A stretch of 64,000 nt of DNA from Azolla caroliniana (Eukaryota; Plantae; Polypodiophyta). This document shows, in pieces, positions 33,721-48,501 of the stretch (the first letter of the stretch is position 1; every line of letters starts with the position of its first letter). The notes beneath the pieces are model-generated. The model did not search any database. It saw only the letters and a program-made list of their open reading frames with translations, and was not told the DNA's origin. Where the stretch lies: the NCBI GenBank assembly GCA_043228905.1, contig JBHGNT010000011.1, positions 10,912,001-10,976,000 on the forward strand, given 5' to 3'. The position numbers and the translations under genes were made by a program.

Positions 33721-36700
33721 CTACTCTTCTGTAACTCCTAAAAACTCAGCAAAGCTCTTGAATTTCGGTTGCCATTCTATTCTCGCCCGAGTTTTATCGC
33801 AATTCATCCTCTTCCCAAGTGGACCATCGACAGCTAGATTGAATAAAAATCAAACCATATCATAACATGTTTTTACACATGTAATTAACATATTCAACAT
33901 ACATATTTATCAACATACTTTGTTAACATATTCATTAACATACTTAATACATTCAACAATAATCATCAACAAAAGAAATAGAGACCTGTGAAAGAGTCAA
34001 AGCTAAACTTGCCACTCTTCTTGGCAATCTCCATGAGTTCTTGCCTACATAGACAAATGAATCAAAAGCCAAGGAACAAAAGATTCAACAAATGACAGAA
34101 AATGCAACCAGGTGCGAGAAGGAACAAATTGACAAATATATGATAAAACCAAAACTGGAAAGAGAGAGAGAGAGAGAACCAATAACTGACTGAAATCATA
34201 ATATGGATATTCAACAAAAAGAAATAGGTGCTTTCCAAATTTTCACTAAGAAAAAGCACTCACTGATTGTCAATTATTTCTTTAGATATGGGATTTACCT
34301 AGAAACGGGATGGTTATCACAGCCCATAAAGACTTCCTTTCGGAAACCCTTCTTCAATATATTTACACACAATGATGCCGCATCCTGTGGTCACATTAGA
34401 AACAGCACCACAAAGAGTTAATTGAATTAAAGTAATAAAGATTTTCTAACGTGCATCTACAACACAAATCATTACCTCGTAGTGAATAAGATTTAGAATA
34501 TGTTCTGGTCTTGCATCTACAGTCCCTTTCATGGCATAGTAAGCATGAGGTCCACGTTCAAGAGTGTAAAATATTGTGAGTCAAGCAAGACACGAATTTA
34601 TTTAAATCATCTTTCCTTTCCAAACAGTGTATAAATTTTACTCACCTAAAACAGTATAATGATCTATCAAAAGAGGTACAAAAGTAAATGATCTAAAGAG
34701 GCCATCACAAAAGATATTTCAATTGTCTAGGTGCATCTATAAATCACTTCTCTGAAACTGTCAAACAATCTATCATAGTATGCTTCAAAAAGGATGGTGT
34801 AGAAAACATTCCAGATTGTTTTCGAAAACAGTGTTAATAAGGATATGTAGAGGTACCAAAGTTCAGATGTCGTTGTATATAAATATCTAGCCCTAAAATA
34901 GCTTAATCATCTATGTAAAGGTAATAAATCAATATTTGAGTATTTTCAAGAGAGTATGGCTAGGTTACCTGTCAAAAAAACAGTTCAAATATATATATAT
35001 ATATATAACAGAAGTATAATCAAATCAATCAGGGGGAGGATATATAAAGCCCTGCCAGTCGCAGCACTGTGCCATTGACATTAAGAACCTCCTGTTCCGC
35101 TTTTAAAAGAACATCGGTTCTCGGGCTCCGACCAAGTGGTACAATGGATGTGTCCTGACCACAAAAGATAATGCACTAAAAACGTCAAAACGAATACTAC
35201 ATTAATTTCACTTTACTGCCATCTTCTCACATAAGGTTCAAATAACTATCATTGCTTCATGCAAGTATAAAATAGCCTCATGTGGCTTCATTAAGGGTAA
35301 AATAGCTTCCTTTTGTGTTAAAGATAGCACTAATGATGAAGCAAATAACAAATAGTTATAAAAAGAAATGGATTAAGGACACTTATCCTCCCAACCATCC
35401 CCAGGTTAGGAATTGAGACAGATCTTAAACACTGTTAGCATCCCATACCACCGAATGTTGCCTAAGATCACATACCTTAGATGCAAATCCACGAAGCACT
35501 ATTGTTAGCAAGCGCCTCTCCAAACCACCAGTATCTCAACATCTTTCCAACAGTAATATTCGTCTCCTCTGATGAGGGTAGTACTGATTTATATTTGCAC
35601 TCTAGATCCTCAGGCCACTGCGGGCACTTGCCTTGTGTCATAACCTTATGTGAGTTACCTCAATCTTAAGATACCCTTAGAACCATTAGAGTTTTGCCCC
35701 TTTAAGGTTGTGCACGTAACATTTTGTTTCATAAATTGAAGCATGAAATATATTTATGTCCTTAAAAGAAATACACGCTAAAAAGTGAAGGTTTTTCAGG
35801 TCATCCTAAATGCCAGAAATAATTGTTGGCCATTGGAAGATTAGGCAATTTAGCATAAATACATCTATTTTGAGGAGCATTATCCAAATATCTATTTGTT
35901 GAGATGGCATACAACCTTTTATAAGGCAAATTATAGATAACACCAAAATACTAAGGAAACAACCAGTCATAACAAAACTAAATATGCTGCACATCAGCAC
36001 TAACAAAAAGCTGAGCACATTCCTTGTGTTTTCTCTTCTGCCCCTAAGAGTTTCCAGTATACAGCCACATTACGTGGATATTCTCAATTTGTGGCTAAGT
36101 GTAATAAGGTATGTGCATATGAATGTTACCTGATCAGATCGTAAACATTATTGCTGCTCAATAGAAATCCAGACACCAATGCAAAAATCCACCCTAGAAT
36201 CGAGAGGAAAATGAAGCAGTGGCTAACAAGATATTTAATATTATGTATATTAACCATGTTGGATCCACATATAGATGGTATTGCCAAATAGACGTCATCT
36301 CAGTTTAGATAAACTGTACAATGCCAAAGTCAACTGCAAAACCTAGAACTTAGATGTGAAAGCTAACCTTCTTGGTAACATAGTTTGTATTTAGAACCAA
36401 CACAGAAAACAAATAAAAAGGTTTCAAGATTTTTCTATAAATTTCATCACCAAATGTCTGCTCAATGTTGAAGATCCTTGATGATTTGATGATAATATTT
36501 CTTAGTAGGAGAATGATGAAAGACAATGTGATTAATAGACTGTTCATATGTGGTTAGCTCATAGATTATACCTCGTCGCAAGCACCATTATCATTACAAT
36601 CATAGACAGCACTGCTTGAAGTGAAGAGAAAAACCCCCTCTCCATTCCATTGCTCAGCAGCTGACCTGAAAGTTATAACTTATATTCATTATCTCATAAA

Positions 36701-38918
36701 ATCAGTTCCCTTAACAATTGGCATCAAACTCACTTAAAACTCCAGAAATGTAATTGTATCAGTGCCCAAGAAAACTGGCCCACCTAACTTCTCCTGCATA
36801 ATCTAAACTTCCAGATGGGGGTGCACAGAAAATGACATAGGGAAAGCAAGGTGTGCCATCTTGATTACTCTTCACTACTGGCCTTATTCCCAAAGATAGC
36901 AGCTCATCGTGATGGGTTGTTGTGACTGTCTGACCGACAATGGAAGAGTTTGTGTGTTCCTGTAACATACAATATATCAAAGATATACCAAGCAAGGAAA
37001 TCATGGGTATCACAATTGCAAGCTTTGGTGGATCCTGGTCGGACTTAGTACCTTCATCCATAACCCTGCAACAAGTCTACCTAGAACCCCAGGTCCAACA
37101 ACAAGTAGATCTTTGGAACTAGTGGACCTCGACTTTTGATGATGCTCCTCATTCACCGTCAATGATGCCATAATACCTGCTTCATGCAATAAGAGAACAA
37201 ATAATAAAGGCAGTAGCACTCATTGTAACCAGAATTTTTTAATCATATCTAATAAAGTCATCACTCTCTTTGAATTATCCCTCATTTCCAATCTATCTCT
37301 AGCAGTGTTCATAAACCAGTTTTCATCCTGAACCTCCTTAATATCATGAAAATTAAGGTACACATTAACACGATGACTTCTCATTTTAAATAAACGTCCA
37401 AACGCATATGACGATGTCTTGTATGATCGAGGTTTATCAATTTCAGTAATCTACAATAAATGTATACGAGTCAGGGGTATAGCACAGGTTTCAATTCAGT
37501 GCCAACAGTGTAGACATGCATCCCTATTTTACCTAACACCGTACAACCCTCAGGATTTAGCATGTATTTTCCTTTAGGATAAACCATCAACCTCAGTTAT
37601 ATATATTGAGAATTTGCTCAATACACCATCACACACTTCGTTGTTCCTCATTCAGCACGGCTTCATATTTCTATCATTTTTTACACCTCCACATGCTTTA
37701 CAAATCATCTTAAATCCTTTTGCATTATCAACAAATCCTTCTAAGCTAACTAATTGTTTACCACCTTGACTAATTTGACTTTTTAAGGACCTCGGGCATT
37801 TGTAGCTATCCACACAAACCACAAATAGTTCACTCTCTTGTACTAATCACTTATGTGAGATTTTATCTTGCACCATACAAGATTTCATGAGAACTCTTAT
37901 GGTCATTTAAGTAGAACATACACCTTTGGTTCAACATCTCTTATAGGAACTTTTCTTAATTGATGATGCTACACACAAGGAACTTATAGAACAAGAACTA
38001 TCTTATGTTTCAACCATAACTATGTATCTTCTGGAGAGAACGTACTTTGATAGAGCAACACTACCTGGCTAATCACTTAGTGAGAGAAATTGAAAATCTT
38101 AACTTGCCAAGATAAAAAAAAAATAGTAATAACTACCTCAATATATGGGATTATGTCTCCCCCGTGACAGTCAAAAAAAGTACTTTGTTTCTCCTTCATA
38201 AGACTGTTTACCATGAGAGACCATCAGGTCTACAATGGCAGAAATTTTCGAGAAAATGGCTAAATATATTATATTTATTAATGATTTTCCAAATATAATT
38301 TAATAATATTGGTCTATCACGAGTCCATAAGGAGTCACACAACTGTTTTGAAATACTCTGGCATTATATGTTGTATATCACACAATTCTCTCTTTCATTT
38401 CTAATCCTCAATATATAGGCTGTGGGTTTTTAGCATTTGATGAAATATTATGTTACATTGTAGTTTCCCAACCTCTTTGGATGGGATATCATATGATAAA
38501 TCATGACTGTACCCATTCTTTTTGTTTTGTTTTTTTGAGTTGCGTCTCATAAGCCACCATTCCGAGAGGTTTAAACTCAACTAATCTAAGCCACTCAAAG
38601 CCTGTTTCGAGAGGTCTAACCTCATCTAATCGAAGAACTCTCTCTCTCTCATATGGTATATGAGGATATATGGAGAGAACCTGAAGCAATGTAGCTCCTG
38701 GGCCGAAGATGCTTTTCTGTCGACAAAAACAAGTTTGAGTGTTCCTTCTTCTGTTGATGGTGACGGTGATGATGATCACGAAGAAGATGGTTATGGTTCC
38801 TCGATCGAAGTCTTCCTCCTCCGACACGAGAGATGAGACCGAACAGGTAATGAGGGGAAGAAGAGGAAGAAGAAGTAGAAAAGCTTGTGGATTGCAAAGT
38901 GAGTAACTCCATGGCCAT
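33721..38918 (-). CDS. NAD(P)-binding Rossmann-fold protein, At2g39080-like, probable plastid transit peptide (9 exons)
   Basis: Exons 38918-38681, 37176-37052, 36959-36784, 36665-36572, 35154-35044, 34565-34476, 34384-34299, 34044-33986, 33833-33721 splice in frame. DLLVVGPGVLG, VIFCAPPS, FLFTSSSAVY, LRLAGLY, LNLIHYEDAA. Confidence 0.9.
34566..35043 (-). other. U12-type AT-AC intron
   Basis: 5' site ATATCCT (35043-35037), branch-like TGCTTGAC (34587-34580), 3' AC (34567-34566). Splicing gives LAGLY/TLERGPH in frame. Confidence 0.88.
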
Positions 38919-40545
38919 ACAAGAAAGAATCAAGTGAATGGATCATGTGATTTTACAATGAGCTTCTCACAAGCACATTTAGGGTGTCTTCTCAACATAG
39001 TGTGATGTTGCAGGTCCTGGGTTCAAATCCTTACTGCCCCCACAACACACACACACACCCCCCCCATCCACCACATTACGTTTGTATGCGCCTTCCATTT
39101 GTAATGTGCTTCTGAAACGAGATTGTCTGGGAAACGAACGAAAAGCTCCCCCAATATGTTAATCAACATGAACTCAGATATTGGTACCAATGCATAAAAC
39201 TTCTTGTGGGCCACTCAATAACAACCTTTTACCAGTGCTAATACTAATATTGAGGTATTCGTTTGCTTGTTTATAGGCCACTTACTTATTGTTTGTGTGC
39301 TTACGTAGAAGTAGTGGAACCCTCGTGGTAGAACAAAATGCATACAAAAGTGCTCAGCTACACCTCGGATACGATTTTCCAAACACCACGGAAAGATAGG
39401 AGAACAATGTAAGGGTGTGAAACCAACACATTAATATTCCCACATTCTAAATCTCTCTCCATCACTAGTTCTCCACCCAATCAATCTCCTGTTGATGTTA
39501 GAAATATATCACTTTATCCTCCCTCATAGGATATGATTGGTCATACAATAAATCAAAACTAACATGAATTGGATATAGACAAAGTAGGTATTCATTGGAG
39601 ATGTTCTTTGTTTTAGAGGAAACAATGAGCACGATATGACACCGGTGCAACTTGAGCAAAACAACGGCACATCTTCAACATATGAATTCTATGAGTAACC
39701 TCATCAAACTGCACTAACTTCAATGTACACCAATGTCCACAACTTTTGAGCCATTCAACCATTGCAAGTGTGCAGTATCATGGAAACTAGTCTATGAAAC
39801 ATTTTTGCAAATTAGTCAACAGTAAAGTCAGTTAAATTTTTTTAAAGAGTGTTTGGCAATAATATATAATCATCTCATGTACTACCTTTGCATCCCATCA
39901 AACCAAAGAAACATGAAGGCTAAAAATGGCACATCTGGCACCATGCATTTGGTATGAGAAAACATATCAAATGAGTCATGCATTTTATCCAACAATAGAT
40001 AGAAGTTGGAGAGAATAAATTATAAACTTTCCATACTACACAATGCAAGGAAAGAAGTATGACCTATACAAAAGGATATGACAATATTACACACTGACTC
40101 GTAACCATATGACTAGACACGACACAGTAATTGTTCCCTAATGTTGAGTCACCACAAAATCAAGGTTTGTTATGTTAACAAAAAAACATTCTAAAACATG
40201 AGCAAAAGCATACCATTCAACACCCTTCACACTGTACATCAACTTCTTTTCCCTCTTCGGTATATATATACGTCTCTCTCTCTAGTTACAATACTTTGAT
40301 GTCCTAAAACATCATTTGTTGTTTGATATTGTTTACATTCCTCAATCTAAAGATCATGGAGATTCATCACCCTCACCTCAAAACTGAACTTCCTCCCGAA
40401 AAAGGACCTTCAAATTTTACCCTCTGATCTATAAACTCCTAACTAATGTGCCAAGGCCATGTTGAAAGGCAGCATTCAAGCAGTTATTGTCATGAAATAA
40501 CCTGGAATAATAAATAACACCACCAATATTTTTGTTAAACTGCAT

Positions 40546-43500
40546 TTATGTTCTCCGTGGCTTCCTCTTTGTCTTTGAAGATACCACTTGCCACCCATCT
40601 TCCAGCATAGGGCTCTCCTGATCTATAGGTGTCTCTGATATTGCATTATGTTCTGAATCATCCATTTCCATTGCATCGGCATTTTTCTCTCCCAAAAGAG
40701 CTGCTGATGGAACGTCATTTTCCTCCTCATTTTCAACCTTCGAAGCATGCATACGATTTAACAAGTAAGAACAAAGAATTACATCAATGCTCCCTATCAT
40801 TTTTCAATTGTGAGCCTCTTCCTGTCTAAGTAGCTAGTATACACTTACAATGTGAGACTGTCAGATAATTTCTGGCATATACCTTACATTGTATGGAATA
40901 AAGACAGCAACTTTTTCCTCTCTTACTTTTTAACAGAGGTCAAAATCATTTCCTTCTGAGATAAGGCTAGTTTCTATTTAATGCAACCTCAATCATTCTC
41001 TTCATTTGGATGTGTGAACAAAGAAATAGAGCTAAACAGAAAGAATCAACACTCGTATTTACCTGCTGACTTCGAGAAGCGGAATGGGAAGCAGTGTTAG
41101 TATTTGACATAAGTTCATGGATTGTTTGAAAGTTACCATCCAAACAATCCTCATATAACGACATCACCTTTTCAGCTACCTTTTTCAGAAATCATATAAA
41201 CATTTCAGTAACAATACATTGTGACAATATAATCTACTTATGACAACAAAGAGGGCATTAGCTATGCCAATTAGTAGATCAAGAAGAAAAAAAAGTTTAA
41301 AACTTAAATCTCACCTCTTCCAAACTCCCATCTTCAGTTTCGGTGTTGAAAAGTACAACCAGGTTCTCATCCAACATATCCTCCAATTCATCTATATATC
41401 GTACTGTGGTACAAGATTGCAAGAAACATACATGGTAATAAGGATTTGATAAACAAACTCTCTTAATGCGCATCAAGTTAAGAAACTTCCAGATAAATGA
41501 AAAAAAAACACAGTGAAATCTATGTCATGAAAATCACATGAAGTCTGTAACATACACTTGTTATGAAGATTAACCATGGATAAATAGCATTACGAATATC
41601 AGTAAAAAACACTAATCAAGGTCTTATTTGAAAGGATCACTTGATGAGAAGGCAGCATAATCACAGAAAACAGAACGAATAGAGAAGAGGAAAATGCCTT
41701 AGTTGAGTGAAAAGTGTTGGGTTTTCTTGTCCAATCATAATCACACCATGTAATGAGAGTATTCCAGACATCACATAAATACAGAATATAGCACATATAG
41801 TTCCTTTAAAGATACCATAATGTGCCTTGCACAAGGGGCAGATAACTTTACAAGTCTTGATCGCAAAGGAACTCAATAAGCCAACAGTGTAGCAAATGTG
41901 TGGTCAGGGGTAAGTAAGATAGACTAAGCAGCCCACTTACTGGAAATAGAGATCCCTGTCAACTAATGTGCACAAGTCATGCTTGGATGAAGTGATCCCA
42001 AGGTCAGGAGTGGAGACAGTATGACAAAAGAACTGCTCTTCATCTTCTAAGTTAGGGGCAAGAAAGCCATTAATAACAATGTTTCATACCATTCATATAC
42101 AGCTTACTAAGGAGATTCCACTTGACTTCCCCAAGGTCCCATGGAACCTGAATTCGTGATCTGATCCACGGGGCAGGGAGGAGACATATCTCGATTCAGT
42201 AGCTTATTACAGAACAAGCTGGCTAACCAGAATAACAAACAATTTCTCTTATCTTCTGTACATATCCCCAGTTTCCTCTCTCATTGCTGTTTTAACACCA
42301 TCACTACTAACAGGCCTCGAGCAGACATCAGATCCTATTCCATAGAGATATGTATCTTTGTTCAACTACTAAACAGGTGGCTAGGTTACCAAATCCCTCT
42401 CACGAGACCTGATTTGATTGGAACAAGACAATTAGTCATATAAAATCTTTGTAGAATCTCCTAGATATACTTTTGCTGAGAGAAGAAGATGATGCCTTGT
42501 AGTGTCTAGTACATCACAAAAACAAGAAAGTAATGAAGAAGTTCAAGCTCTTCGTTTCAAATGTGCGCTCCAAGATCATCTCAACATGTTAGGAATATTT
42601 TCAGTCTGCAATCCCATACAGATGAGTTCATTCATATGAACCACAAGAACAGTTGTCAGGGATGAATATCATAGAGCATCGCAATTAGAATGATCCATAG
42701 TTTGTGGCATGCGGATAAACACGGGCAACTGGTAAAGATAGTCATCTTGTTCGTGGTCTTCATTCAGAAAAGTGTTCTTCGCATCCATCTGAAACAGGAA
42801 CCACATGATTGCAATATCAAGACTATCCAGATCTGGATTAATTTGGGACGTGTGTATCTAGGTTTCATCACAAATGAAAAATTCCACTGCAGGATACAAT
42901 GAGTAGCCTTTTGCAATGCGAAGGGCTTTGTATCTCTCAAAAGAGGTATCCACCTGAACTTCCACTTGAAGATCCATAGAAACACAATAAATCCACTGCA
43001 GGATGCAAATAGCAGCCTTTTGCAAAAAGAAGCACTTTGTATTTCTCAAGAGAGGCATGAACCTGGAATTTCACTTACCAATTCCAAGTGTATATGTATT
43101 TGATGGCCTCATATTCCACTAGCATGGCATTGCCCCGACGAGGACTAGCTAGAGCTTCATCAGCAATGACAGGCTCAGTTGGAGCCTCAAGAATATGGAC
43201 CACCAAATCAGGAATTATACACGCAAATGCCTTGTAATTCTGCACACAACAAGAGTTTAACTTTCTAGACTTTGGGTCATCTTTGGGAACGCTTCTCGGG
43301 AGTGTGGACATATGCCAAACACCCAAACATGCAAATGGGAAACTAAAGGTTTCTCATCATAGGGCTGAAAAAATGTTGAAAGTTTTAGGGCTGTCATTGG
43401 AGCATGTGTCTGAATGTAGGTATCAATGAACATTATATACAACATATGCAACAACACCCAAACATGGAAATGGGAAATTAACGGTTTCTCATCATAGGGC

Positions 43501-44710
43501 TGAAATAATGTTGAATGTTTTAGAGCTGTCATTGGAGCTTGAGTCTGAATGTAGGTATCAATGGACATTATATACAACATATGCAACGAAAGTGACACCT
43601 ATATGGATATGGTCAGTCTCTTTCGCATATAAAACTCATATTCAAAAAGCATACACTCTAATATTCACATCGCATTATGCAATGCACATTGTCTTCCTAT
43701 ATAGCACATTATGGTTCATGAATGTGGCAAAAAGCAAAAAGTGTGGCTCAAAGGACATCTTGTGTCAGAGAGGATGAAGGTTGAGGATAAACTTACCTTA
43801 TGCTCAAAGCCATCCATTTGGCATATTGGACAGAAGACCAAAAGACAAAGACCAACAGAGAAACAGAGAAACAGAAAGGAGAGATGAGAAAACAATCCAA
43901 GAAATGATGTAATAATGGACCACCATATGTCTTAAGTTTCACACCTACCTTATCAATGAGCATCATATACCATAGCACATGCAAAGAAAGGTAAACATGA
44001 AATGGAAATGATCAAGCCTTATAACATATAAATATCAGATTCAGAGACGATACCACATTCTTATGATTCAAATCGAATGCGCAAAGAAAGAACTAAATTT
44101 TTCAGAAAAACCGTCATTTCAAAGAGGAGAAGCAATGGGAAGGCACAGGAACAAAGGTTCCCATCGTTTCCATCTGCAATTCAAATGACCATGATATACC
44201 ACAGATCGTGCAAAGAAATACAAAATAGATAAGCTACAAGAACATCGTCATGTAAAGTATGGGAAAGAGCTATCAAACATGCTCAAGGTCATCAAAGGAT
44301 AGAACACCTTTAGGCTGAGCAAGCCAACCCAGCAACATCATGGATGGATCAAACGTTTTGAGAAATCCACTCACACCTCGTGAAAAATAGCATTATATAT
44401 GGCAAGGTGTGGAAAGAGAGAAAGACGAAGCGTTACCTTTAGGCTGAGCCATCCAAGAGACAACATCATCATGAAGCTGCTGAGCTTTGATGTGAGACGA
44501 GGATCCTCCCCAGCTGTTGTGGATAGCGAGCTGCAGAGCTGTCCATCGAGAGAGGAGGAGGCCAACGCCACGGTGGAACATGCCAAGGCCTTCCGCAGAC
44601 AGAAGGGGACGAGTCTCTGACTGAGACTGAGACTGAGACTGAATCTGCGTCTGCGTCTGCGTCTGTTTCTGAGGAGACGGGGCCACAACTGTGCCGCTTC
44701 TGAGCTCCAT
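40546..44710 (-). CDS. TSR2: Pre-rRNA-processing protein TSR2 homolog (4 exons)
   Basis: Exons 44710-44437, 41403-41315, 41179-41063, 40737-40546. GVGLLLSRWTALQLAIHNSWGG, YIDELEDML, EDGSLEEVA, C-terminal EDGWQVVSSK. Confidence 0.92.
43075..43600 (-). mobile_element. Copia fragment (INT end to RT start) in TSR2 intron 1, with an about 136-bp local duplication
   Basis: KPLVSHLHVWVFG, EPVIADEALASP...AMLVEYEAI...TW; duplicated block at about 43320-43590. Confidence 0.6.
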
Positions 44711-44796
44711 AGCCGCTGCTGGCTCTGATTCTGTTGTTTGCCTAACGAAGAAAAAAAGGAAGGAAGGTCTGGGGTTAGAATGTGAATGTGTGCGAA

Positions 44797-44836
44797 TGTA
44801 TGTATGTATGTATGTATGTATGTATGTATGTATGTA
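44797..44836. repeat. (TATG)n microsatellite upstream of the TSR2 ATG
   Basis: Direct reading. Confidence 0.9.
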
Positions 44837-44933
44837 CATATATATAAATGTATGTATCTATGTATCTCTATGTATCTATGTATGTATTTATGGCTCGTGT
44901 CTAACTGCTACCAAATAATAAAGAGGGCTGGCA

Positions 44934-47455
44934 AGGGAATCGCGGCCACGGCCGGTGCTCTTAATTGTCAGACACCTTGATCGTAATTGTCAAACACCCT
45001 GCCCAAATCAGACGCTCGATAAACATGAAACCGTTAAAAATTCTAGGTGTAAAAAATATATAATTGACATCAAAATGTTATACCATAAGTCCACTAAAAA
45101 AACATCACTCTTCTAATTACACTAAACTTCATACTTTAATCTTCAAAATTACAATATATATATATATAATCACAAAATGTCCAATATCTAACTTTACTTC
45201 ATGTCCCCAATCGAAGTCCAAAACAAACCCTAAGGATGAAAATTGAGTCCAACGTAAGACGCGATTATGGCTCATGTTGGGATGATGGCAAAATGCAACC
45301 ACAATTTTTACAGCAAACAGCATTTGAGTCCCTTGAGGTCAAGGTCAAGCCAATCGCAATGCAAACATTGAATCTTCTCAATCTCACATATTGGCAACCG
45401 CCTCCTAGCCTGACTTGCACCTCCGTATAGTTTTCCGGTGTGAGATTTGGAAGTTTTTGGGGGGCTGGTAATAAGTTCTTGTGAGATGATGGCGATCGTA
45501 ATTCCTCTTTTCGCACCAATTTGTTGCTTCCAACTTATGGATCCTACTCCTTCGTTGTGAGTTGTATTTGGTGCACTGGAACCATACATCTTTTGCAACA
45601 AATTTACCATTTGTTGTAGACAAACCTAAATTGTTGTTCGTTTGAGGGATAGTAACCCTTGCTCGAGCCATTCCATATCTTCCTTGTTTGATTGTATTAA
45701 TGAGACTTCCATGATTCCATGTCTCTTGGTTCAGCCTCTTTCTCCGTGTCTGACTCTACCTCTATCTCCACTTCTATTTTTGTGATATCTTGCATTCACA
45801 TTCGGGCCGCATGATCTATAAATGGTAATGACCCACACAAGGATGGCATGTGCCTCTCAATGATCATCCGAATTCCAAGTAAATGCTTACATTACTTGCT
45901 AGGTCTTGGCAATCACAATATGAGCGTTGGAGTGAGACATTGTACCATAGAACGGAATTGGTCATGGTTAATATTCTAAACCAATATCAAACCTCGTCCA
46001 CAATATGCAATGTGTTCGTATTTGACACATACCTTTCTAGTATACACTCGGCCTCTTTAGGTTTTGTCCTTTGATCCCTACAATTTGCACGGGGCATAAC
46101 CTACCACTCTCACATATTTCTTGCCATTGCATGTACCATTCTACGATGATCCCTCTGATGCAAGTGCCAGATTCACTATCCCCAATCAAGACATGTACTA
46201 GATAAGTAATAGATCAGTTTATTCTTCCTCTCAGGGCACTATACTTGATAAATTGCCAATTTCTCTCTACAATATTGGAAGTGTCAACATGTCTGTAGTT
46301 CAATAATCTACCAAACTTGGGTCATAGTTTCCTCCGCACACATGTCAAGCTACACCATCCTCCTTTGATATATTGCCAAACACTAGGTTTGTCCACATAC
46401 TCTACCTTTAACTCCTTGCACATCGCATTGTATGTTGATTTCGTCATGTAATGCATGAGTTGGCACATCCGTTAACAAAGATGTTTTCTCTTGGAAGCAC
46501 TTACTTTGGGCAACAAATTGTCCACCCATAAAAAGATTTGCCTGGAATTGACATAGCAAAAGGTGACAATGTGTTTGTGTCCATTGCCCATTTGCAACAA
46601 TCCAAGATTGACGGACCTGAGCAACCACATTAGATATGGCATTATATGACCTCCAACATTTATCAATCATTATTGCATTTAGCCTCACAATGGGCATCCT
46701 TGTGAATATGACTCGCATGCAAGTTAGTTTCGAGAGCAATTTGCACGTGGTCTAACAATGGGTGATGTGATCTAACACCATATGATGCCAATACTACCTC
46801 CCTCAATTTCTCCAAATATATGAATTGAAGGTTAGGATATGCCTTAAGGTAGATCCCATTCTCATTTTGAACCATGAGTCGACTCTTCATGCGCCTCCAT
46901 GCATGAAGATTGAGAGGTGCACCCCTTGCGACATCATGTAATGTTTCCAATGTTACCTTAATGTTTCCCAATAAATCATTAACCATCAAATCATACTTAT
47001 CTCTTGTAAATGAAAAATACTTGGGTTAAAAAAAACATGACAGGATCCACCAACTCGTCCTCCCGTTCAGATGCAGAAGACTCATTGCCGTTCTGAAATG
47101 TTGTGGAGTATGAAGAAGCATGATCGCAATTGTCCTCTGAAATTGCAAGGATTGAGACAACACCATTGCTCATCATACTCTATGCTCAATTGGGAAAATG
47201 AGTGTGATTATAGCTAATGAGTGTTGATCAAGTTGTTTATTTGGACGTTAATTTGATTGTTGGAAACCATCATTACAGGTTACAAGTTGACGTTGATAAC
47301 TATAACGTTTGTTATTAATTGGGCTTTTGATTAATGGGTAGGGCATCTGAAACTAGTAGGATGTCTGATTAATCAGTAGGGTGTCTTATTAATGGGTAGG
47401 GCATCTAATTAATCTGCTTAGGTGTCTGATAAAATGTTTATTGTCCATGATCTAC
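44934..47455. mobile_element. Putative degenerate TIR DNA transposon
   Basis: Left end shares homology with 21130-21776. Subterminal TCAGACACC(C/T) motifs at 44965-45010 reappear inverted at 47335-47430. Internal ORFs not recognised. Confidence 0.5.
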
Positions 47456-48429
47456 GTTGACATATTATTTTTTCATAAGTCTTGTGCGTCTTCTATGTCA
47501 TACCATTTTTTCATACAATTTTTTCATAAGTCTTGTGATCTTCATGTTTGTTCCGCATGATCTATACATTTTTCCACACTTGTGATCTTCATGTTTGTTG
47601 TGCATGATCTACACATTTTTCCATACATGTTTACCATATGCACCAAATCTTTATGACATACAAAATGTGCCAAAGAGTATATTCACATACATAACGCGCA
47701 AAAGATTGTGTTAATAAACAGGATCAAGATTATACAAAATGAGGCTTTCATATACAATCCAAGGCATATACAAAATGTGGTCTATAGAAAATTGGTTGAT
47801 TCATATACATTTCGAAGGCAGCTTCATATGGTCAACATATACAAAATTGTCTAATTCGTATAAATTGTGAGGCAACTACAATAAGTCAACATATACAAAA
47901 TTGTCATGATGGCTATGAAATCAGAAATCCCAAAATCCTTCGAGCCCATTTCGCCATGTTTGTCCGAAGCAATTGAACGTCCTCATGTGCAAACCACTTC
48001 TATGTACAATGTAAAAAGGTGTAAGTATAACAACCCACCCATTACTTATAAGAGTTCTATGCAATCCACGTATTAGGCCATACTTACAAAATCGGAAGAT
48101 GGGAAGCCTTGGATGAATTCCTCCTCTAGCATCCGAATGGTCTGCATCACGTAATAGCCACAATCCCACCCATTGGGTTGGGTTGGGATGTGCACTTAGT
48201 GATGTCAACCCTCCATTAGGATGCAATTGCCCTTGTTGCTACTACATATGGTTTGTATGGCCATCTCTGCCAGACTCTTCAAAGTGCATGTTGCATCATT
48301 TTTAAGTGGATCAGAATAGAGTACTTGGTTGGTCACCTTCATAGCATCGACATCCTATGGACTATGCCACATCTTCGTCCACAACACTCAATGCCTCGAG
48401 TGCAATATGGGTGTAAAGAATTGGGCGTG

Positions 48430-48446
48430 ATTGTGTGTGTGTGTAT

Positions 48447-48501
<55 letters not shown>

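Noticed and set aside
44691-44980. Plus-strand MYVC-repeat ORFs
   Set aside because: Translations of the (TATG)n microsatellite.
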